Source of the DNA: Fastidiosibacter lacustris
GTDB taxonomy: Bacteria > Pseudomonadota > Gammaproteobacteria > Francisellales > Francisellaceae
Direction: 5' to 3'
Length of the DNA: 32,000 nucleotides
NCBI RefSeq assembly: GCF_003428155.1
Contig: NZ_QLIR01000012.1
Location: forward strand, 20,498 to 52,497
Each line of letters starts with the position of its first letter. The first letter of the stretch is position 1. The position numbers and the translations under genes were made by a program. Below are positions 19,164-27,600 of this stretch, piece after piece. The notes beneath the pieces are model-generated. The model did no database searches, had not been told where the DNA came from, and saw only the letters and a list, made by a program, of their open reading frames with translations.

Positions 19164-20093
19164 ATGACTGAGCAAACGAAACCACTACCGACAGCGCATG
19201 ATGTCTTTTTTAAAGCCAACCTTGCCGAAAAAAGTAAGGCAAAAGCATTACTGAAACAAATCTACTCAAAGGAGTTGGTAAGCAAGCTTGATTTAAAACA
19301 TTTAAAGCACGTTCCGACTGAGTTTATACAACACAACTTGCGTAAAGTGGTCGGTGATGTGCTGTATATGACTAAGCTGAACGGCAAAGATGCTTATGTT
19401 TACGTCCTTTTTGAACATCAGTCAAGCAGTGATGAATTAATGGCATTTAGGCTGTTGTTGTATGTGGTGCAGATCATGCAACAGCATTTGCAACAGGGGC
19501 ATGATAAGTTACCTATTATTTTGCCTGCCGTTATATACCACGGCAAAGAGTCACCTTATCCTTATTCGACTGACTTGATGGACTGCTTTGCGGATAAGGA
19601 AATAGCCCAAGAATATATGTTCAAGTCATTTAATTTGCTTGACTTAACGATCATGAGTGATGATGACTTAGGCAAATTTGATGCTAATTTAGTCTTTGAA
19701 TATATGCTTAAACACAGTCGGGATAACCTAACAGATAAGTTGATAAAATGGCTGTTACAGTACCCACATCAAGCGATTTATTTCATAAAATCTGGCAATA
19801 ATCTGTTAAATCAAGTATTCTCATATATAGAAAGTCGCGATGATGTTGACAGTGAAGCGATAGACAAATTAATCGGTGTCATTAATGATAATACAGGTGG
19901 TGAGTTTATGAATTACTTACAAAGGCGAGAACAAAAGGCAGAACAACAAGGTGCGATTTTAAAGGCACAAGATACTGCGAAAACTATGCTTATTGATGGT
20001 TTAGATGATAGTGTCGTTATCAAATATACTGGACTTGACCTTGATACTGTCCTTAAACTCAAAAAAGAAATTAGCACTAAGACAAAACACTAG
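19164..20093 (+). CDS. Rpn/YhgA-family (Transposase_31, PD-(D/E)xK) recombination-promoting nuclease
   Basis: N-terminal AHDVFFKANL and GDVLYMTKLNGKDAYVYVLFEHQSSSDELMAFRLLLYVVQIMQQH match the E. coli RpnA pattern as recalled (PHDAVFKQFL ... [24 protein letters not shown]). Confidence 0.85.
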   Translation: MTEQTKPLPTAHDVFFKANLAEKSKAKALLKQIYSKELVSKLDLKHLKHVPTEFIQHNLRKVVGDVLYMTKLNGKDAYVYVLFEHQSSSDELMAFRLLLYVVQIMQQHLQQGHDKLPIILPAVIYHGKESPYPYSTDLMDCFADKEIAQEYMFKSFNLLDLTIMSDDDLGKFDANLVFEYMLKHSRDNLTDKLIKWLLQYPHQAIYFIKSGNNLLNQVFSYIESRDDVDSEAIDKLIGVINDNTGGEFMNYLQRREQKAEQQGAILKAQDTAKTMLIDGLDDSVVIKYTGLDLDTVLKLKKEISTKTKH

Positions 20094-20154
20094 ATTTAAA
20101 TATTTGGTACAAAAATCTCGCTTTGGATTGATATTCAAATAAATTCTTTGAGCT

Positions 20155-20312
20155 AAATTGCCTATCCCCGCAGCAAGCTACGGGGTATTTCGGCAATTTT
20201 CCTACGGAACCGCTCAAAGTGACCTTCTCCATTCGCAGCAGAGCTGCGGGGAATTAAACCCCACGGAGATTAAAAACAACTCTCGTGTGATAAGGGGTAA
20301 TGTGTCAATTTT
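20155..20312. repeat. Structured imperfect direct repeat of unknown function (GC-rich hairpins in an AT-rich spacer)
   Basis: CGCAGCAAGCTACGGGGTATT (20169-20189) and CGCAGCAGAGCTGCGGGGAATT (20234-20255) are about 65 nt apart. A third partial copy GGGGTAATGTGTCAATTTT starts at 20294. Hairpins: CCCCG-10 nt-CGGGG (20166-20185) nested within AAATTGCC/GGCAATTT (20155-20162 / 20192-20199), CGCAGC-aga-GCTGCG (20234-20248), and GGGG-aattaaa-CCCC (20248-20262). Confidence 0.45.
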
Positions 20313-20650
20313 TTGATTTAAATTTATTGAAAATCCTTATTTAAAAGCATCCGTAAAATACTTACAAAACCATGAGTAAGATAGCAAAGCAAGCGATATG
20401 TATAAGTAGACTTTGAAGTCCAATGGAACGAAAATGTACGCTAAGAAACTTTCTGATGGTTTTCTATTGCTCTGGGAGGATTTTAGTCCATTCGTGTAAA
20501 AAGCAATCAGAAAAATGATCTATTGCTCTCCCCAAGTAATGTGAAGTAATTAAACAATGTATATGTATACTTCAAAATTTATGCTATAGCTAGTCTGGCT
20601 GTTAATAATACAATATACGAAAGTTATCACTAAAAATACCTTGCCTGGAA

Positions 20651-20680
20651 GAACCCCCAGAAATGGGGATCGTTTTTTGT
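20651..20680 (+). terminator. Weak intrinsic-terminator-like hairpin (CCCCA-gaaa-TGGGG) followed 4 nt later by T6
   Basis: Read directly. The stem is only 5 bp (7 with an internal loop). There is no annotated + strand gene immediately upstream. Confidence 0.3.
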
Positions 20681-21014
20681 TCAGTGCGCCGTAATTTTAA
20701 AACTTGAAGAAAACAGTAACATTGAACTTTTTTAGATTGAATAATAGTCAAATAACAACGCAGACACATAAAAACGCGCATAAATTAGATTTAACCGTAT
20801 TTTTTATTGATTTTGAACGATTGCATTATCGTATTACAGATAATTGAACAGCGCTTAAATATGAAAGCTGAATTTTTAACCAGAATTGCTAAAAAAATGA
20901 ATTTTTAGACTGATTTTGAAAATTTAAGGAGAAATACGCCTGCGCTATAAGCTGAAAACGTTAATTTTTTTAAAAAAAATTGCATATTCCTGTTCACCAT
21001 AAGGGAGCCAGTCC

Positions 21015-21278
21015 ATGAAGCTAAAACTTAACATACAACGTGATATTCACGATAAAATAAAGCTTCAAGGCAGTAAACTTATACTACCAATGCACTTTGA
21101 TGTTGTCGAGGTTTATAAAGATGTACCCTTATTTGAGCCAGACGATAGCAAGCAGATTGTCACTATCCATTATCATGTGGATGATGATTTATATGCAGCC
21201 GTGTATTTTTACTTTGACGATGGCAGTTATGCCAGACTGGTATGGCGGTATGGAGCAAGTGACAAAAATACAAGGTAA
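21015..21278 (+). CDS. Hypothetical protein (87 aa), orphan ORF
   Basis: SD GGGAG lies 7 nt upstream of the ATG. Acidic and aromatic-rich sequence with no recognised motif. Flanked by long non-coding stretches. Confidence 0.45.
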   Translation: MKLKLNIQRDIHDKIKLQGSKLILPMHFDVVEVYKDVPLFEPDDSKQIVTIHYHVDDDLYAAVYFYFDDGSYARLVWRYGASDKNTR

Positions 21279-21690
21279 TGTTTTAAATAGCACCTCAGGT
21301 ATCGCTTATGAGGTATAGGCTAGAAAGCAATTTTCAAATTACTATAACCAGTTTACTGACGTATTCCGACTGAACTATAGGTTCCCTGCAAAGCCCTCCA
21401 ATTTTCCCTGTTTTGAAAAAATAAAATCACTCAATGCCATATACAGTAACGCTTGTAGTGAAAATCAATGTTTCTCTAAAATAAGTTTCGTCAAGGTGCT
21501 TTTATCGAGTGGGAGGTGAGATGATGAGAAAGCGACCTTGACTAACTGTGGCTAAGTATAGTCTAGCAAATATTAAAGCAACTTAATTAGCAAGTATTTT
21601 TACCTTTTTTATTATTTTTTCACATTACATTCATTGATCGCAAAAAAGCAAAAAATAGACGAATAACGCAATAACACAGGAGAAGAAACT

Positions 21691-24600
21691 ATGATGTCAA
21701 TTGGCGTTGTCAGTTCAGGCAGCAATGTACACAAGTATTTCATCGACAAAGATAATTACTATTTAACCGATAAGTCTGAGTTAAAAGAAGCGGCAACTTG
21801 GTATGGCAAAGGCGCTGAATTACTGGGCATTAAAGGTGAGCAAGTCGATGAAAAGTTATTTTTAGATTTACTTCACGGCAGATTACCTAACGGTGAGCAA
21901 GTTGGCATTATGCGTGATGGTTCTTTCAAACATCGCCCTGCAACGGACATTACGTTTTCAGCACCTAAATCGTTATCTATTATGGGTTTGGTTGCAGGTG
22001 ATACACGCTTGATTGAAGTCCATAACAAAGCTGTTGAAAAAGCATTAGGCAAGATTGAAGCTTTGTATGCTGAAGCACGTATTACTGAAAATGGCATCAC
22101 AAGCTATGAAAAAACTGGGAACTTAACCATTGCCGCCTTTCGTCACACCTCATCTCGTGAAAAAGACCCGCAACTGCATACGCATGGCGTTACGATGAAT
22201 TTTACGCAAAGAGAAGATGGGCAATGGCGTGCGCTATCTTCCCGTCAAAAAAATGATGTACAGCATCTTGAAAATGGCTTTAGAGAAATGCTTTATGCCA
22301 ATCAGCATTACTTGGGCATGATTTATAATAGTGAAATTGCTAAAGGCACCGTTGAATGCGGTTATGAAATCAAAGTCAAAGATCAATATGGCAACTTTGA
22401 TATTGTTGGATTGTCACAAGACTATCTTGAAAGCCAATCTAAACGCAGAACACAGATTCTCAATAAGCTTGAAGAAAAAGGACTTAACGGTGCTAAAGCT
22501 GCACAAAATGCTTGCTTAGACAGCCGTATTGCTAAAAGTGATATTTCACCTGATGAATTAAAAGCTGCATGGATTGAAGATGCCAAAGCACAAGGGGTCA
22601 GCCTTGGTAAAGTGTTTATGGAATCTATAAACAACCTTGAGCAAGATGCAAAAGAAGAAAAGGAAGCAGAAAAGGCAAAAGAAACCAATAGCACTAAAAA
22701 TAATACGCCGAATGACCAACTACCGTCAAAAGCTTATGTCACCAGTGACCTACAAACACACTCACATAACGCCAAAGAAGCCATTAGTGATGCGGTTGCT
22801 CATTTATCTCAATATGGCGTGCAGATAAAGCATGGGGATATTATTCGCCAAGCCTTTGTTTTTTCAGCCGGACTGGTTGAGCATGATCATTTAGAAGCGG
22901 TATTGTCGGATAAGCTTAAAACAGGTGAGCTTATTGGGCGTGAGCATCAATACTATACGACAGATCAATTAGTAAAAGTCGAAAAAGATTTCATGCAGTT
23001 TGCTAAAGCATCAATGGTAAGTGCATGGTCGGTTAACCTTAATCGTTCTGGGTTAGAAGCCTCATTATTTAACCATAAAGACCGCTTGCAATTGATTGAT
23101 GTTAAAGGCTTGCGCAATGAAGCAAAACTGATTGACGGACTGGTTAAAACGGCTGAGAACAACGGTTTAAATGTCTATGTATTGCATCAAAACTATTCAC
23201 GCTTAAATAGGCTTAAAGAAGATGTTAAACGTGATGGATCAAGCTTATGGAAAGCCTTTAAAAACCATTTTAAGCATGACTTACTGCAAACCGTTGGTAA
23301 GTTTGAGCATGATTATACGCAAAAGCTTAATAATCCTTTTTTTTCTTTTGCTCAATTAAGCCATAAGCAGGACTTAATTATTGTCGCGGATAGCCAAAAA
23401 CTTGGCATTAAAGACGTTGAACGCTTAAATACATTAGCCGAAAAAGGGAAAGCTAAGATTGCCTTTTTAAATAATACCGAATCAACCCTTGGCTTTAGTG
23501 CGGGCAATCCAATGAAGCTATTAAAAGAGTCTGGTGTTAATCAGTTAAGATCACAAAGCATTTCCAAGAACACGCTAGTAGAAGTGGCAAGCTTCAGTGA
23601 AGCACACAAAGCTTTAGCATATCATTATGTTGGTTTAGATAATGAAGCTAAAAAAAATACGCCGATTGTGGCTTTTACCAATAAAGCACAAGCAGAAATC
23701 ACTGGTGAGATTCGTGATCACTTGAAAGAAAATGGCGAGCTTTCCTTACAGGAAAATCACTACCAAACACTATCAACCAGTCGCTTAAGTGACATTGAAA
23801 AAACCAAAACGCAATGCTATCAACTTGGTGATAGCGTGACACTGAATCCGTTTGCCCAAGCTGAAGAAAATGGAAAAAGTAAAAGAAGTGAAAAAGGTGA
23901 AAAAAATGGCGAAAAGCACAAACAGCAAAGTTATCTTGTGACGGGTATAGATCGCGACAATCAAGCTTTACACTTAACGAATCGTCACGGTGAGTCAATA
24001 CAATTGTCACTGAAAAAAGAAGATTTATTTCATGCTGATGGCAGCTTTAAAGTTAATTTTGAAGCCAATAAAAGCAAAACAATGGCAATTGCTGTCGGTG
24101 AAACCCTACGAGCCACCCGTAATCTTTATCTGGATTATCAGGCGGATTCAATAGATAACAGTAGTAAAAGTGATAAAAGTGGTCAAAGCGGTGAAAGTAA
24201 TAAGGATAGCAAAGTTGAAACCGTCAAAACAGTTAAAATTGATAAAAACAGCACCTTTAAAGTGCAGTCCATTGCTGAAAATGGTATCCATATTCAGCAC
24301 GACAATAAAACCATTTTTGTAGCCAATGAAAAGCTGCAAAGAAGTTTCATTGAGCATGGCTATGTCATTAAACCACATCAGTTAAGCAAGGATACTGATA
24401 GTGTTTTAACTGCGCTTTCAAGTTATCAGGTCAATCAAAATAACATTGGTGAGATTGCTGAGTTTGCGAAAAAAGTCACCCTTTTTACCGATAATCCAGA
24501 AAAAAGCACCCAAGCTTTAAACGCACAGCAAGTTTCATGGTTGGCATTAGATGTCGCCAGTGGCAAAGCACAAAGCTACAACCCGATTGTACGAACAGAA

Positions 24601-27600
24601 GAAGCCATCAGAAAAGACTTAGAGGTGGTGGCTAAAGCCTTATCTGGTGATGACAAAACCAAAGCAGATACGGCCGTTTCTTATGGTATTGCGAAACTGG
24701 CTGAGCGTGAGGCAGGCTTTCAACTGAATGACTTACTCAAAGAGTCGATGAAATATGCCCTTGGCTCGGTATCGCTTGAGGATATTGAAAAAATCATTGC
24801 TGATAAATCCAAGCAAGGTGATTTGTTGGTTACAGGACAAACAGTCACAACAGCTTATGCCTATCAGTTAGAGAAAAATATTATTCAAACGGTTAAAGAC
24901 AATCACGCCAGTGTTGCACCTATTTACGACAAAGTACCTACTTTGAGCCAGGAGATAAGTTTCACCCAAGGACAAAAAGATGCGGTGAGCTTAGCCTTAA
25001 CCACCAATGATCGTTTTATTGGGGTGCAAGGGCTTGCCGGTACAGGAAAAACCACGATGATGAAAGAGTTGAAACAACATGCTGAAAAGGCAGGATTCAA
25101 TATCATTGGTATTGCGCCAACACATAAGGCAGTGCAAATGCTTGATGAGTCTATCAATAAAGAAGTGACTGGTAGTCGCTTTGAAAAAGCGGGGATTCCG
25201 GTGATTACTGCACATAGTTTTATTAATAAAACAAATACAACACATGATGGACACGATACGAACAAGATAGATAACAGCAAAACCCTGTTTATTATTGATG
25301 AATCATCGATGTTGGGTAATCGGATTTATCATGATATTCAAAAGAAAATTGTTAGTCTCAATGCCAGAGGCATCTTCTCAGGCGATATTAAGCAACAGGT
25401 GGCGATTGAAAGCGGGAAACCGCAAGAGTTAAGCATGAATAACGGCTTAAAATATGCCTCAATGAATGAAATTGTGCGCCAAAACCCTAACCCACAATTA
25501 AAAATGTCGGCTGTATTAGCAGCAGATAAACAACCGGCTAAAGCATTAATCAATCTTGAAAGTATTAATCCTTTTGATCATATTCAGCGTAAGGATTTTT
25601 ACAGTAGCGAGCCAATTTCTTTTATTGAAGTTGGTGCCGCAAAGGATGGTCAAGGCAAAGTATTACTAGATGACAATGGCAAACCCTCGTTAACTAATCT
25701 ATATGATGTAATTGCTAAGGATGTATTAACACGCATACCAGAACAGCGCGAAAATACCATTGTGGTTGCTTCAACGCATAAAGATCGCCATGAGATAGAT
25801 CAACGTATTCGCCAAGGACTCATTAATGATGATCACATTAAAAATGAAGTCAATGCAACTCGTTTAATGTCAAAAAACATTGATCAAGCAGATATGTTAC
25901 ATGCTAAAAACTATGAGGTTGGTGACATACTACGCTTTGAAAGAGGTTACTCAGTTGCCAAAAAAGGGGATTACATGCAAGTGATTGGTATTGATGAAAG
26001 CCAAAATAAACTCAATGTGATAAACATCGGTGATGGCAATAACTACAGTATCAATCCTGCCAGTATTGCCTTAAAAGCCGATATGAGTGTTTATAAAGAA
26101 CTAGAAGTACAACTTGGTGTTGGTGATCGCATCCGACTACGCCAAAGTGACCCTAAGCGTGGTTGGGTCGGTGGTGCTGAGTATAAAGTCAGTGCCATTG
26201 AAGATGGTAAGGCTTATTTAACTTATTTACATCACACGAATGCACAGAATAATAAGCATAATGAAAATAACACGCATACTCATAACCTCACCATTCATCT
26301 TACGGATAAAAAAGATCAGCTTTGGGATTACGCTTATACCAATACAACCTATAGTGCCCAAGGCGCTACGTCCAAATATTTTATTGGGTTAGCCGATGAA
26401 AATTATCGTTCGATGTATATTCAGCTAACACGCGCAAGCATGCAAGCAACGATATACACAGCGAACAAAGTAAAGCTCCTCAATGGCTTAGAAGATGCTA
26501 GACGGCAACTGCAAGCTGATAAACTATCCGCTTATGAGATGCTGCATCAAAGCCATCAACAAAAAGAAATTGAAAAAAATGAAACAATTAAAACAATTAA
26601 AATAACAAAAGGTGCCTACAATAAGCAACATCAAATCAGCAATACTAATGTAAGTGTCGATGGAAAGGGCATACCTATTGCTAAAACACGAGATAAAACA
26701 GGGTATACTGCTAAAGAAAAAATAGAAAAACCAGTTTTAGCTGATGATATTAAGCCACTTTTACGCCAGAGAATGGAGGAGTTAGCGATAAGCTTATTGG
26801 GTGAACCTAACAAAGCACTCTCAAATCAAACCCAGTTACGGTTTGGTAAAAATGGCAGTTTAACGGTGAATTTAGAAAAGGCACAATGGTTCTCACATGA
26901 AACTGGCAAGGGTGGCAATCCCTTTGATCTCATCAAACATGAGCTGAATTTTAGTGACTTCAAGGATGTCTTGGACTATGCCAAAAAGTTTGTCAATTAC
27001 ACGCCAGATATGCAGTATATTGAAGTTAAACCTAAGCCTACTGAGCAAATCAATCTTGAAGATGAAAAACGACAAGAGAGAAAAGAGAAACAAGAGCAAA
27101 TGAAAGCATTAGGTGATAGGTTATATCAGCAGTCTGTACCCATTAAAGGCACACTTGGTGAAAAGTATCTAGCAGAATGTAGAGGATTATCATGCTATGA
27201 AAATGCAGATATTCGTTTTGTAAATTCGATCTCTGGCATCGACAAAACAACTGGTAATAGAATCTATACCCCTGCTATTTTATCAGTTGCTAAAGATGAT
27301 AAAGATGCGCTTCACCATGTGCAAGTAATTCGATTAAATCAAGATGGCAGCAAAAATAAAGACGTTAAAATCACCAAACAAACTTATGGTAAAATGGATG
27401 GCTTTGCTGTGGATTTAAACACCAAAGCCGATAAGTCTGTCACCTATCTTGCCGAGGGTGTTGAAACAGGATTATCCATTCTTAATATTCATAAAAATGC
27501 ACACGTTTTAGCCGTTTTAGGGAAGTCAAATTTTGCAAATATAAATACAGATAAGCTTGCTGATAAGATAGTTATTTGCCTTGATAATGATTTTAAAGGG

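Noticed and set aside
20181-20218. Tn3-family terminal inverted repeat: GGGGTATTTCGGCAATTTTCCTACGGAACCGCTCAAAG is 38 nt, starts with GGGG and ends in AAAG. A possible partner is ...TTATCAC...CCCCC at 20625-20658.
   Set aside because: Position-by-position identity to the Tn3, Tn21 and Tn501 IRs I recall is only about 15/38. The candidate ends are not convincingly inverted copies of each other. No 5-bp target duplication flanks them, and there is no transposase.
20163-20262. Calling the two hairpin repeats a bona fide CRISPR mini-array.
   Set aside because: There are only two degenerate copies (about 85% identical over the shared ~21-nt core), unequal flanks, and no cas genes or leader in the window. 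It is kept as a finding to test, not annotated as CRISPR.
20226-20270. tRNA-like fold (TCTCC ... CGCAGC-aga-GCTGCG ... GGGG-aattaaa-CCCC ... GGAGA).
   Set aside because: The loop sizes and the AATTAAA loop do not fit anticodon or T-loop rules. There is no D-arm or acceptor/CCA context.
20600-20632. pdif/XerC-XerD-like site (ATATACGAAAG resembles the complement of a XerC half-site; TGTTAAT lies nearby).
   Set aside because: The two half-site-like sequences are in inconsistent orientation and spacing, and the XerD half matches only about 7/11.
21097-21318. 73-aa ORF overlapping the 87-aa ORF in another frame.
   Set aside because: It has no SD and lies mostly inside the better-initiated 21015-21278 ORF.
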